The notes below the pieces were generated by a model, which had not been told where the DNA came from, ran no database searches, and saw only the letters and a list, made by a program, of their open reading frames with translations. Below are positions 12,308-24,861 of a DNA stretch of 64,000 bases, piece by piece. Positions within the stretch are counted from its first letter, which is position 1. Each line of letters starts with the position of its first letter. The position numbers and the translations under genes are program-made. The stretch is from NCBI GenBank assembly GCA_977018835.1, contig OZ361256.1, positions 3,782,001 through 3,846,000 of the forward strand, in the 5' to 3' direction. This stretch comes from Minutocellus sp. GHC0000111. Taxonomy: Eukaryota.

Positions 12308-15300
12308 CTAGCGGGAGCAAGCCTGTTCAAATGTCCTGCTACCAATTGCATCTGGCTTGTCGTAACCATATTTTTCGTGGAAGGCACAGAGAATAGGCCG
12401 GCCAACTGATCCGCATCTGTATTGAATCTCACACAATGATCGAATGGGGTCATGACAACCGAGGAGATCACTCGATCCGCTCCTGCATTGAATCTCTTGG
12501 TGCCGTTGAACTCTTGTGCCGACATTTGCCATCAAATCTTTTTCGGGAGCAATGTTGAGAACATTTCGGTTTACTTGATCTTCTGATAGAGGCGGATTCA
12601 GTGTGCTGCCGAGTTGTACGATGCTTGGGGAGGATAAACCCAAAGCCTTTAGTTCATTCTGTGCCCCGCTTATGAAAGCAACACCACCGCCAAAGCCGTG
12701 ACCCGTGAGAACTACGTCGGAAAATTCGCCGCTATGGATCAGAGTCTGAACAAATGCACTTACTTCCTCATATGCAGCTGCAAAGTCTTCCGTCGAGTGT
12801 GCTTCGAATCTAGAAAGAATAGCGACAATCTTGTCCAGAAGCGGAGCCCATACCTCTCCGAGTGGCATGAGAGCCCGGATGACTTGGGAAAGCGCTGTAC
12901 TGGTCCAGATTTTCATACTAGCGAGTGATGAAGCAATTGTGTCGGCCCCTCTTATCGAAACAACGGCAAATCCAGCTTGCTGATTAAAGTCAATGAGCTT
13001 GTACTGGAGAGACGTGCCTCCCCAGGCACCTTTGAACACCGAGACAATATCATCTTGATTTGATGCAGCGTTTTCCCCATACCACTTATCGAGGCCCATT
13101 TGCGTTTGTTTCTTTCCATTGACATATGCCAGGGAGCTCAAAAATGCTGCATCGCTCAGAGCATTTTCTGTACTTGGGATTCCAAAGTCTTGGGGAAGGT
13201 CGCACATCGGATAAGGGTCAGAGCTTGGTCTGTACTCAAAATCGGAGGCCATGCGCCGGAGCTGCCGATTGATTGACTCGATTTCTTTTGATGGAGAGTT
13301 GTGAGATACTGCTGCTGATGTTGTAACAGCTGCAAATGTCAACGCAATCATCCAAAAGATAAATCTCCACAGACGAAGTGATCTTCCATTGCTGATACTG
13401 CCCAAAATGTTACTTGCTCGCCATCTTGGTACCCAATCCTCTCTTGGGCGATCGATGTGAGCCTCTGTTTCATCAACGCGGAGCCGTTGCGACGTCAAGT
13501 AATCGAAAGTTCCCATTTCCTTTAGGATCACTGCTGGATTCAGATATCTTCTGACGCCAGAACAGAAGGTAACGACCAGGAAGAGCAAAGCGACAGGCAA
13601 ATTTCCAACGTAAAAAAGAATGATCAATGGAATAACGAAGAAGAGAGTTGCCTCCGAGAAGAAGAGGGCCCAACAAATTCCATCGCATGGTATTGTCACA
13701 CGTGATCTCTCGTGTACGTGATAAACAGTCTCGCTGAGCGAATCTCCCTTTTTCCGTAGAATGCTATCGACACGCTTTTCCTTTTTTCTCTTGGCGGCGG
13801 TTGAGTAAAGCTTTGATGTCTTGAAGGTTGAAATGGTGCTCGGGATCCAAGTCAGCGAGGCAATGCCAGCCACCACCACGGTCACACCAATACTCGCATT
13901 TGCCCACATGAGAAATGAAACGACGAGAAGCATCGCCATAGAGTTGGCTACAATGGCAAATATCATGGAGCTTCTTCTCTGTCCATCTGTTACAGCCGCG
14001 GGTCCACTGAGAACCAAAACGTTCCTGGAAGAAGTGCCCGACGGACAGTAAAGCTTATCGAGCGTCCACGAACTCGATGTAATCACCGGTGTTGCACCGA
14101 TCATATCTTCAAGAGATTTCATCGGCACAGGCATGTCAAGTTGCGTGTATAGATTTTGGCTACAGAAACTGGTCAAAGTGAACTTGGTGTAGAGGCTTCG
14201 TGTTTCTCTCTCCGCGTCGTGTCGTCTGCTAAGAGTGAAAGATCCTGCCTTGGGGATCTCTTCATCACCATTGATGATGTATGCAGAGCTAAGATATCCG
14301 CTGAAGGCATGCATCTGCCTCAGTAGGATGGCCCGTCTAACGACAAAGAATAGATTTGTCGATGGATCGTAGCCATTCATTTTCTGTACAAGATCGAGGC
14401 AGGTTTTGACTTCGTATTGGATAATGATGGATGCGTAGTAGGCAAAATAGGCAAAGACCGTCGAGTACCAGACGAGAAGTGTATACGTCCACCAGCCTTC
14501 CAATCCAAGCAGAAGGGATATGGCTGCCGTAGTTGCTGGAACCAAGATAAAAACAGCAAATGAGAACCACTGCGAGAGGATCATGGCACTCGTACTCTTG
14601 CTGGAAGAATAATCCTTTCCACCGATGGCCTGAATAACTCTGTTACTCCGCCAATTGTCGCAGACGAAAGCAGATGCAAATGCCATAATAGATGCAAATC
14701 CAAAGACAAACCCCGGCAGCGATAGGAGCGCACATAATATGCTCACAATGTCGTCGTGCTGGGAATAGTTGGTCGTGTCATCGCCGCCATCTTCTCGAGG
14801 TAGGGTGTCGAGCAACACAAACAAAAGGATCTGAAGGCAGCTAATGAATAGTATTGCCCCAAACATGACGCATACCAAAGCATAGACAACTTTCAGACCA
14901 CTGTCAACGATGGTTGTGTCTTCAACTTTTTTCACAGTAATTTCTCTTGTTTTCTTCCTACCAAAGACGACGACACCTGGACTGCCACCCTCCTCTTCGT
15001 CTTCCTCGTTGTGCTCGATTATGCGATCCTCGAGGACAATCTGCATTTGTTCTTGCTGGAAGACCCGGACGGCAGAGTTTTGGTATCGGACCGAGGAGGA
15101 CATATGAGGCAGAGTGGGATGATTCCGATACACAACGTTGGTGTTGGCACTCTCGCATTGGTAGGTGTAGGAATCGACGCGACCAAGGCGACGCTCCACG
15201 CTCTTGGTTGGGTACACCTCGAAGTTTTCCTCTCGGCTGTCATCGATCTCAAGTTCGTCTTAGCCGTCAAAGCCAACTTGGTGCATTCTCTCTCGACTTC

Positions 15301-15535
15301 TCTCCCTGGATGATCTGCGTTCCTGAGATGCCCCACTATCATCGTCGTCCCTGCCGGACCTCCCCTTGGAATGTTCGTCTGGTCTACAATCTGAAAAGAG
15401 CCCTCCACATGCACCGGACGAAGCGTCTCTGGCAGCATCTCGAGTGGCTCTGGACGATCTGGACCTGGAACGCCTGTGACCACGGCTACTGTGAGATCGT
15501 GAAGACCTTCTCTTTTGTTGCCTACCGTCTCCCAT
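12308..15535 (-). CDS. Multi-pass membrane protein with C-terminal class-3 lipase-like domain (catalytic Ser absent; in-frame TAA at 15260-15262)
   Basis: Many TM segments, then VSIRG, VVLTGHGFGGG, PEKDLM and CHDPIRSLCEIQYRCGS. ORF 15260-15535 is in frame with ORF 12308-15217 across a single TAA. Confidence 0.75.
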
Positions 15536-15996
15536 TACTGCTCGTTTCCTTTCCTGTTCGTTGTCGGCTTGCTTGTTTTACGGGATTGTGCGTACGGACG
15601 AAGAGGCACCACCAGCCAATGTAGAGATTCGATTCGATTCGGAAGATTGAGGAAGGGAAGGAGAGGAAGAGAGGCGGAGACTTTATTTATCGACGGACCA
15701 CTCACTGAATTGGTGAAGTTACCAGTACTAACGGAGAGGATTTGATATATAATTTCTCACTATCACTTCCCTCTACTAAAGACGATCCAGCTCTTCGTCT
15801 TCATGCTTTCACTTCACACTGGCCGATGGAGAGGACAGGGCGAGTTGCAGATTGGCGAGGCCGGCTCGCTTTTGTGTCGAACAAGTCCATTGTTCCGGGT
15901 GTTTATCTCAGCCGAAAGCATGGCGAGCGAGAGGAAGGCAACCATGGCAAAACGCATGCGGTAGCGGCCCATCCCCACAACCACGGCGGAATAACA

Positions 15997-17920
15997 ATGA
16001 GCTACAGCATAGCAGCCATCTCCAACGGGGGCGGTGCCCCCGAGCAGGCCTACCGCAAGATGCAGTCGGCGGGGGCCTGCCCGGAGCGCCCGTTTGCTGG
16101 TACGTCGAACCCCGACAATGCTTCGGCGATTATTTTAGGAATTGATTTTCGGCGAGGCGCAGATGAAGCATGGGCCCGCCGATGGCGGAGTTGATGCGCT
16201 TGATATGTTTGTTTGTGCTTTCGTAGCATTTCTGCTGGCGCCCACCAACGATGACGAGATATTGCCGGGTGAATGGAAGTTGGGGGCTGGCTTGGACGAA
16301 TTGCAAGCTCGGCCTTGCACATTTCTGTCGTATCTTTTCGTTCATCCGACGGAGACGCCACATGCGGCTGGAATAACTGACCTTTTGGCGTGGAAGTTGA
16401 GCCACTGAGAAAATGATATGGATACATACCAACCAATTGAATTTGGACTTTCGCACAAGAACAACGCCCCCGGTAATTGTATGCTCGCAAGTTGATCGTT
16501 GGAAACACATGTTGTGTCATTCTTCACAGCACATTATTATTCATCCCGATGCTCACAACCACAACTCACTCCGACCTTCCTCCTTTTGTCCATCTTCTCA
16601 ACAATCCCGCACAGAAATGTTTAAATTTGAGGTGCCGTCTCTGATGGTCGGTACTTTGGATAGCCTCATGACTCTCAGCGATGACCTTGGAAAGACCGAT
16701 GCCATCGTGGAGAGCATTGTTCGCAAGGTGGAAAAGACGGCCGCCGAGCTCTCGGTGAAGAAGGGTGCCGAGCTTACCGTCGGCGGAGTCCCGGCTCCTC
16801 GTTACATCCAGCAGTTCGCCTGGGACTATGCCAAATACCCCAACCGCCGCCCCCTGAAGGAGCTTGTTGTGCTCATCGCCGGCGGTGTCCAGGCCATTGA
16901 CGAGGAGCTGAAGCAGCTCGGACAGTCCTACGCCGATAAGCAGGCCGCCCTCCAGGAGGCCAAGCGGAAGAAGGGCGGCAACCTCATGGTGGCCGACCTC
17001 AACGACGTCCTTACCGCCGAGGACATGAGCAAGGTGGAGGTTCACGACACGGAATACCTCAAGACGGTCATGATTGCCATTCCCAAGGCCGTCAAGCCGC
17101 AGTTTGAGGCCAACGTCGAGAACATTGGCAAGGACATTGCCGGTTACGGAGGTGAGTCGAATCCTAGCTAGTTCCTATTTCAATGCTGGCGCAAGCGCAA
17201 GCATCGTTTGATTATTTACATCACTTGTCCACTCACTGCATTTTTTTTCTCCACAAAAATATTTGCAATTATCTGCGCTCCGCTCGTTTAGGCCCTGACT
17301 GGAGCTCCAACCCCACAAGCCTTGGTAAGGAGGGGCAGTTCGGATCTCAAATTGACAGACACAGCAAGCGCGGATCGCCGGTTGTTCCCGGATCGTTGAA
17401 GCGTGTAAAGGAGGATGCTGACAGTGCTCTCTATGCTGTCACTATTTTGAAGGGACAGTACGAGGCTGGTTACTTTGAGGGCGAGGAGTTCACCCCCGGC
17501 ACAAAGACTGACTTTTTGGAAGAATTTGCCAAGTCCTGCCGCAAGGAGCGATACGTTATCCGAGAATTTGATTATGATCCTTCTCAGTCCGGCCGGGCCG
17601 CCATGGCTCTGGAGCAGCTCCAAGTTGAGGTTGACGGTATGCGCAGTGGTTTGACCAGATGGTGCAAGACGCATTACGGAGAGGCCTTTGTTGCTTGGAT
17701 GCATATCAAGGTGATCCGAGTATTCTGCGAGAGTGTCCTCCGTTACGGCCTTCCAGTTGATTTCACGGCAGTGCTGTACAAGGTTGCCCCCGGCAAGGAG
17801 CAGGCACTCACTAGTGCACTTGATAAGGCATTGGGCGACGGCAAGGCCGATGGCGATGACAACGATGTTGACGATGATGACGAATACCACGATTTTGTGC
17901 TCTTGAAGTTTGATCCATAA
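15997..17920 (+). CDS. ATP6V1C: V-type H+-ATPase subunit C
   Basis: Motifs LMVGTLDSLMTLSDDLGK, FAWDYAKYP and AWMHIKVIRVFCESVLRYGLP. Exons 15997-16099, 16615-17151 and 17292-17920 have compatible phases. Confidence 0.95.
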
Positions 17921-18153
17921 GGGTTGATTGGTGTTATTTTGATGATAGACATTTCTCCTCTTCGACACAGAGAGAAGAGAGAGAAAGAATTGAGCCCGTA
18001 GCCGACAAATGCTTGTTGGCGTATGGTGCTACCAGTAGTGGTCTGTTCTGAGAGATTACAATCAGCACAGAGCAGTGTCACAAAAAATAGATAAAGTTAA
18101 ATTCAACTACACAGCTACATGCATCAGCTAGTTAGCATTTAGATTCATCAATA

Positions 18154-21100
18154 TTAATCCACTTCAGGCCGCGACTTCTTTCGTCGGCTTCGCCTCCTTG
18201 GCTTTTGCCGCCGGTTTTGTTCCGATATCTTCTTTCCTTCAATGTCAACGAGAAAAGTGCCAGTAACCGGCCGATGGTCGCTGTGTGTTGCGTCTACCTC
18301 ACTTCGATACTCCAAAACGCGTACTCCAAAGGGTTTGAATAATATTCTGTCTGTAAAGGCCGGGACACGCTGCTTGTGTGAAGTATCGTACGACTTGGTG
18401 CCCTTGTCAAACTTGAATGTCGGAGGGAAGGTTATCTTGCCCTCAGCAAAACCAGGGAATGTTGCCCCCTCCGACATGACGCGTGAGAGTTGGTCGTGTC
18501 TCAACAAAGATAATCTCAACTTGTCGGCCTCTTTCTCATTCCCTTGTTGGAGACACTCCTCGATTTGCATCACGGTGTACTCGGTGACCTCCCTTGGAAG
18601 GTCAATTCTGTAATTGAGATCTCCACAGAAAAATACGTGGTCCATAGAGTCCATAAGATGTGATCCTCCACCATTCTCGGCATCTTCCAGAGCCTGTTCT
18701 CTGGGGCTCCTGGGTCGAAGGAATCTCGGAGGAGCTTGAGCTTCGAGCTCGCTTGCAATTCGCCAGAAATCTTCGTTGCGTGCGTCCACATTCTTCACGT
18801 GAGCCGCCATGTGTGCAGCAACAAAGAGCATCTTGATCGACTTTTGCCGTTTCGTTGTTGATGATTCCTCATCTTCGCCGTCACTGTTTTCTTTCTTGTT
18901 ACGGGCCTTTATTTGAACGTACGCACATATTGCTCCCTTGTTGTGAAATACGTTGCCGATACCACACGTGACATCAGCAACGCTACAGAGCTCGATTTCG
19001 CCGAGGATTTCTCTACGAACACAGAGATAAAATTGTACTCCTCCGAGGCTGTGGATGGCAATCGGAACATAGTCCTTGCCTAGCATTTTGATCACGAGCC
19101 TCCTTAGCTCGCGTGATCGATTTCCCTCAGCTCGACGAGGCTTGATATCTTCTGTTTCTTGACCACCTATTAAGACAATATCACTTCCTTTTCTTCCATC
19201 TTGTGAAGACAATGACGGATGAGCTTTGCGAAATCGACGAAGGAATTTCGCCTCGTCCTCCGACGGCGATGCCTCGGCAAGATTCCAAGTCACAACTGAC
19301 ACGGTAATCTTGGTCGAATCGTCTACTTCTTCCTCATTGTCAGCGGCAATTTCTATACAAGTATCAACTTTCGCTTCATTGCTGGATTCACTGGATTCTT
19401 CTGTAGTCCCAGTGGGCTCTACAACCTCAGTCGAATCTTGAGGGGCGTCACCAGAAGCCAAGTTAGAATCCTCCTCCTCCTCCTCTTCAACCTCTGTCAT
19501 TCTAGGACTATCAGTTTCGACCGGTGTTTCCAAAACGGTGGATGTGCCCTCGCCGTTTCCACTAGACAATTCACCGTCATCGGCATCGTCGCTACTCTCT
19601 TCCGCAGGAGAAGATTCGGCTTCACTCGTTGAATTGGTCTCCTCATCTTCCGTTTTCTCTTCTTCACTCTCGACGACATTATCGCTCGACGCATCTTGAT
19701 TCGAGGAGTCACTGTCGCTTTCTTCACTGTCTCCGCTTTCCTCGCCATCGGATTCTTTGTCAGAGGAGTCATCGCTTGTATCTTCCGACGCTTCATTCTC
19801 CGAGTCGACATCCTCGTCTTCGCTGGTAGAAGCATCCCAATCTTCGGCGTTAGCCTCCTCGATACTATCGGAACTCTCCTCCATCTCGGCCCTATCCTTT
19901 TCAGCATCATCTCGGGAATAATCGTTCTCGGATTGATCTGAAGCATCTTCACCGGAGTCAGCACCTTCTGTCTTATGCTCGGAAACTTCTCCTTCGCTAT
20001 TGGTATCGCTGGATTCACCACCCGTCTCGTCATCATCGATACCTTCACGATCAGGAATAGTCGAATCTTCTTTCTGACCTACCTCGTCGTCAACTACGTC
20101 TTCGCTACAATCATCAGATTCTTCAGCCATATCCTCGGTGTTTGATGGCTCTTCTTTCTCGAGAGCACTTTCTGCATTAGCGGTCACATCCTCGGCGGGA
20201 TCAGACGGGGCATCACCATCGGAAGGCACTTCTGCACTTTCCTCGTGATGATCATCGTTGGGCGAGGAAGAAGTGTGCAACTCGGCATGGACCTCGATCA
20301 CTCTAGTATCGACGTTATCATCTTTATCATCTTCGTTTGATGCAGGAGCAGCTTCCTCTTCTTCACCGACGATTTCAGCCTGCTCACAACCAGCATTCGC
20401 TTGAGTCCTTCGCCTGCGCCGTCTCCTAATTTTCACTCGACCTCCACTACCAGCGGAATCATTGACTTCCATTGCCAATACTTCGTCAGATGCTTCAGGA
20501 GGAATAATGTCCACCTCGACGGCGGAGTTCTCTTTTTCACCTGTTGGCATTGTGGTTTGCTCATCATCTTCTTCGACAATATCATCTTGATCGGCTTCTT
20601 CCTCTTCCGCCGGGGTTGTCGTAGTAACGGCACTTCGACGACGTCGCCTCCTTCTTTGGCCAGTGTGCCGCGAATCCTCATCATCGGCACTTTTGGGCTC
20701 AGCCACATTATCTGATCCGTTCTCCACATCATCATCCTGGGTTGGCTGCACTTCAACTGATGAAGATGTCGCTTTCTCAGCGTCGACGGAAGTACGTGCG
20801 TCATCGTCGTCCGGCTCATTTTGAGTAGCACCACCATCCGCCTCATCATCGGCGACCCCAGTTCCACTCAGGTAGGATTCCAACCAACTTTTATTTTCCC
20901 CGTCTTTGCTCTCTTTGTCAGCTTCATCTTCGTCATCGCCAGCTGGTGCCTGTGGTGTATCCTCTGGTTCCTCCTCGACAGGATCCGGCACGTCATCCTG
21001 TGACGATCGCGTCTTCCTCCTCCGCCGTCTTCTCCTCTTGGCGTTGCCATAACGGCCACTGGTCGCCTCGTCGGAACCAACATCATCCGAACCACCTCGA

Positions 21101-21312
21101 ATCTGGCCCAGCATCTTTTGAAGAAGCAGCGGGTATCGACGCTTGCCACTACCGGTATCCTCCAGTTGAAGATGAAGATCATCCTCATCCGGCAACGATG
21201 TCGACAGACTCTGTCGAAAGGTGCCACGTGGACGGCCAAATGGAGCGGCCTCGGCACATGGCGATTTGTCAAGCGCCGCGATGAAGGCGATGAGTAGACA
21301 GAAGTGTCTCAT
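18154..21312 (-). CDS. Inositol polyphosphate 5-phosphatase with N-terminal signal peptide and long acidic region
   Basis: Motifs VVTWNL, GGQE, GNVFHNKGA, AHMAAH, FFCGDLNYRI, PPTFKFD, PAFTDRIL and SDHRPV. Likely start MRHFCLLIAF at 21312. Confidence 0.9.
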   Translation of the reverse strand: MRHFCLLIAFIAALDKSPCAEAAPFGRPRGTFRQSLSTSLPDEDDLHLQLEDTGSGKRRYPLLLQKMLGQIRGGSDDVGSDEATSGRYGNAKRRRRRRRKTRSSQDDVPDPVEEEPEDTPQAPAGDDEDEADKESKDGENKSWLESYLSGTGVADDEADGGATQNEPDDDDARTSVDAEKATSSSVEVQPTQDDDVENGSDNVAEPKSADDEDSRHTGQRRRRRRRSAVTTTTPAEEEEADQDDIVEEDDEQTTMPTGEKENSAVEVDIIPPEASDEVLAMEVNDSAGSGGRVKIRRRRRRRTQANAGCEQAEIVGEEEEAAPASNEDDKDDNVDTRVIEVHAELHTSSSPNDDHHEESAEVPSDGDAPSDPAEDVTANAESALEKEEPSNTEDMAEESDDCSEDVVDDEVGQKEDSTIPDREGIDDDETGGESSDTNSEGEVSEHKTEGADSGEDASDQSENDYSRDDAEKDRAEMEESSDSIEEANAEDWDASTSEDEDVDSENEASEDTSDDSSDKESDGEESGDSEESDSDSSNQDASSDNVVESEEEKTEDEETNSTSEAESSPAEESSDDADDGELSSGNGEGTSTVLETPVETDSPRMTEVEEEEEEDSNLASGDAPQDSTEVVEPTGTTEESSESSNEAKVDTCIEIAADNEEEVDDSTKITVSVVTWNLAEASPSEDEAKFLRRFRKAHPSLSSQDGRKGSDIVLIGGQETEDIKPRRAEGNRSRELRRLVIKMLGKDYVPIAIHSLGGVQFYLCVRREILGEIELCSVADVTCGIGNVFHNKGAICAYVQIKARNKKENSDGEDEESSTTKRQKSIKMLFVAAHMAAHVKNVDARNEDFWRIASELEAQAPPRFLRPRSPREQALEDAENGGGSHLMDSMDHVFFCGDLNYRIDLPREVTEYTVMQIEECLQQGNEKEADKLRLSLLRHDQLSRVMSEGATFPGFAEGKITFPPTFKFDKGTKSYDTSHKQRVPAFTDRILFKPFGVRVLEYRSEVDATHSDHRPVTGTFLVDIEGKKISEQNRRQKPRRRSRRKKSRPEVD

Positions 21313-21804
21313 TTTGATTGTGGTGGGCTCTTCATTGCTGCCCCAGCGGCGACCCTGCACCATCATGGTGGCGTCGAAATACATGCGTATCGCACGCATC
21401 AGCGCCCGCGCAGTCCACGCACGGAGCGACGGACGAGCGGGGCACGCACAGGCAGAACACTCCCCACCTGAAGGTCTTCTATAACGCTTCAACTTTGCCG
21501 TACGTACATGTACGTAGGCCTACGTAGTTTCGACGCCGGCCGGGGGCTCTTCTGGTCTTCTGTTTGCAGCAAGGTCTCATCATCACAAAAATGGCAGTCA
21601 TCCGCGCACCTCGAGTCCGCGTCTCTGTCCTCTGAGAGCCAGATTCTTCCAACCGAACTGACTCCTCGTCTCTTCGAAACCTATCTTGTTACACCAAAGC
21701 TTTCATTGGACCGTTCTGCATATAAATCTGCACGGCGCAGCCGCCAACCACAAAAGTAAGAGAGAGACAGTCCTGCCTTGTGAGTCGTAGCAAAGAACAA
21801 AACA

Positions 21805-24312
21805 ATGATGAGCGGTGTTGCACGGAATCTGCCCCTCGTTCTTGCCGCGGCGGTGGTGGCCTCGACGATTTCCGGCGTCGAATCTCAGGAATGTGCCCGC
21901 ATTGGTCGCAAGGCCATCGAATGCGGCGCTCGGAATGGATTTGACGAGTGCTGTCCAGGCGCGAAATGTTCGGATGACGAGGACGAAAAGCTATGCGTGG
22001 AAGACAAGGATTATGATCCCACCGCGGACGGTCAAGAGGACGACCTACCCGAGGTGGAGATTGCTGTGTTTACACCAACTCCTACCCGTGCGCCGGTTGC
22101 CGTGCCCACCATGCAAGTGGCATCTTCGGAATTGGTCATGAACAGCGACGATGGAGCCGACGCTCAGACTGCGAAGAATACAACAGAGCAACCAGCAGGA
22201 ATAGGCAATAACGGACCCTTTTCTTCATTCAACAACATCAACCTCCTCCGACCGGCAACCGATGGAATCAAGGACTCGGGAGGTATCCACTCGGCGATAT
22301 TCGGTTCATCGAAAAGGAACTGGAACATGCTTCTCGCTCCCTCTGCCATTGAGGTGCCAGTAGATTCCTTCCGTCTCAAATCCTCACCGATTCTTCTTGA
22401 AAGAGATCCGATGAAGTTTACCGAGATGCCATCAGCTGCACCATCCAGCACCCCCAGTGCAGCACCGACGATCTCACATGCACCATCTGATGTTCATAGT
22501 TCCTCTCCCACCGATTATTTGTGGGTCAGTGAACCTCTGCCTGATGAAAATGACATGGACAATGGCTACTTTGACTACAATCCCAGCTCTCCGTATGGTC
22601 CTCATCGATGGCACAAGGTGGAGGAGCAGACGCTGGAGGGTGAATACTGGGATGAGGAGTATTCCAAATTTATCGAGCCCGATCTGGACAAAAATATGTG
22701 TGGCAGCAACAGTCGGCGGCAGAGTCCCATCGACGTTCGGCTCGACAAGGTCGACGGCCAATGCTTTGAGTATCACGAGATTCGTCACACCGATGGAGCC
22801 ATTAGCGTCCACGATCCCAAGGTTGATGCGCAGATCTTGCCGACCAAGCTTCGCATCAAGTATCCGTATATCGTGCTTGATGAGGATGACCTTAAGAATG
22901 CTCCAAGCTGGGCCGAAACCAAGACTGAGACGGATGATATCGATGGGACGAAGGAGGAGGTTCTCAAGGATCGTGTCAAGGGCCCATCGGCTGACGTGCC
23001 CAAGGGTTGGGCCTACCAGATGCCTGTAACTCATGTTGATATCAAGATTCCCAGCGAGCACTACCTCGAAGGAGTAAGTTTTGTGTCATGTTTGAGCGTC
23101 GTTAATTGGCTGAGAGATATATGTCTCGTCGCCAATACGAAGAAGCTTGAACTGATATCACTCAAGCCAGTTGCTAACCTTTCTGCTCTCTTTTCTACAT
23201 ATATATCTTCTCTTTGAACAGAAACAATATCACGCCGAGTATCAGATTTATCTCATCAAAGATACTGGTGGTAAGCGTGGTGCTCCTGCCATATCAATTC
23301 TTGTTGACTTGGATGAAAACAATAAGCCCAACAAGGCCTTCCAGGTGGCCTTGGACAGATTCCAGAAGGAGTGGGATCGCGACATGGCCAAGTGCGAAGA
23401 AAAGATGAGAAATGAGCGCCGGCTTGATGCCATCCTCGCCGAGCCCAAGTACATTGCCGAGGAGCAATCAACCATACTTGATGAGCCCGAAGAAGAGGAG
23501 AATAAGTTCCGGTCCTATCTGAGGAGACTCCAGCATGATGGCGATCGAAGCAGTCAAGGCGACTACAAGTATTTCAATCCATGGGACCCAGAAATCATGA
23601 AGTCTATATGGTTTTACGGGTATGAAGGAAGCTTGACGGAGCCCCCTTGCTCTGAGTTTGGTAAGTGGATCTACTTACTGTGATTGCTTGAGACTTCGTT
23701 TATCTATTATAATAACATTCTATCATGTTGAAATCGTGCCTCCACCTTTCCGCTCCATCAACAGTTGAGTGGCGCATCATGGACACTCCAATGACCATCT
23801 CTATCGCACAGCTGTTCCAGCTCAAGAAGCTTCTGTTCCATCACGTTGATAAGGAATGCAAGCGGACTTCTACCCATTTTCACGGCAGCGTCGCTAGGCC
23901 ACTGCAGCCCTACAACGGCCGAATGGTCCATCGATGCACGTGTGTACATTTTATGACAGACAAGTTCAAGAAGAAGACGGGCGATGGTGAATGCGACCGC
24001 GAGGATCAGGACGAGTACGACTTCGATTCGGACATCTACACGAAGGAGTGGTATCGCGAACACAAGCAATACGATACCCCAGCGCATCAGGATTGTGAGG
24101 TGTTTAATGAATGCGGCGCGTACAAATTGGAGCTGCAAAAGGAGGCCGAGGAAAGGGCCAGGAAGGAAGCCTTTGAACGCCAAAAGGCTGCTGAGGAAGC
24201 TGCGAAGAAGGCAGCTCAAGCCGCTGCCGCGAGGCCAGCACCGAGGCCGGCTCCAAAGCCATCAGGCGGAGGCGGTGGCGGTGGCGGAGGAGGTTGGTGG
24301 TGGTTGTTCTAA
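21805..24312 (+). CDS. Secreted alpha-carbonic-anhydrase-like protein lacking canonical Zn ligands
   Basis: Signal peptide, then YGPHRW, RQSPIDV, IPSEH and YGYEGSLTEPPCSEFVEWRI. Introns ~23074-23221 and 23661-23764. Confidence 0.85.
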
Positions 24313-24322
24313 GGAGAGAATA

Positions 24323-24360
24323 GAAGAGGAGAGGTACCATGGAAGAGGAGAGGTACCATG
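24323..24360. repeat. Perfect 19-bp tandem duplication in the 3' UTR
   Basis: gaagaggagaggtaccatg x2. Confidence 0.9.
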
Positions 24361-24717
24361 GTAGTAGCGTGATCCAAACTAGTTCTACGTGTATATATAT
24401 CAAAAGCCTTCTATAAAGAATTGTTCACGCTTATTGCTTGGAATAAATTATTGAATGCCGCCGGTGGGGGAGAGAAATTTAATTTCCTCAAATATACCAA
24501 TTGGTAGGATTCCTAGATCAAGGGCGCAATCCTTGCATTTTGACCCACAAATTGGGAAAATGATTTGATTTGTGCTAGTACCAGTACATCTAGTAGGACC
24601 TCTAGATCTACTGTGCATCTTGTCTTTCTTGGCATTCGGCCTCTCCCTCTCGCGCTCGAAAGCTCGAAACGGCCGACGGTCAGTCCGTCCGTCGCCAGAC
24701 AAAGTCTCACCAGAAAA

Positions 24718-24757
24718 CTACACGTGGAAATCAGTAAGAGCTACACGTGGAATCAGC
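24718..24757 (+). promoter_or_regulatory. Paired CACGTG (G-box/E-box) elements upstream of GET4
   Basis: ctacacgtggaaatcag and ctacacgtggaatcag lie about 105-140 bp before the ATG. Confidence 0.5.
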
Positions 24758-24861
24758 TGGCTAATGTGATGAGCTGATGTGTTGGAAGCTCTCGCTCGCT
24801 CGCTCGGCCGACCGTCATTCTTCCGCCGCTCGATACATCCCATCCCACAACCCACGGTACA

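Noticed and set aside
16100..16614. Intronic ncRNA in the unusually long V-ATPase C intron
   Set aside because: I could not find convincing C/D or H/ACA boxes with terminal stems. A covariance-model search would be needed.
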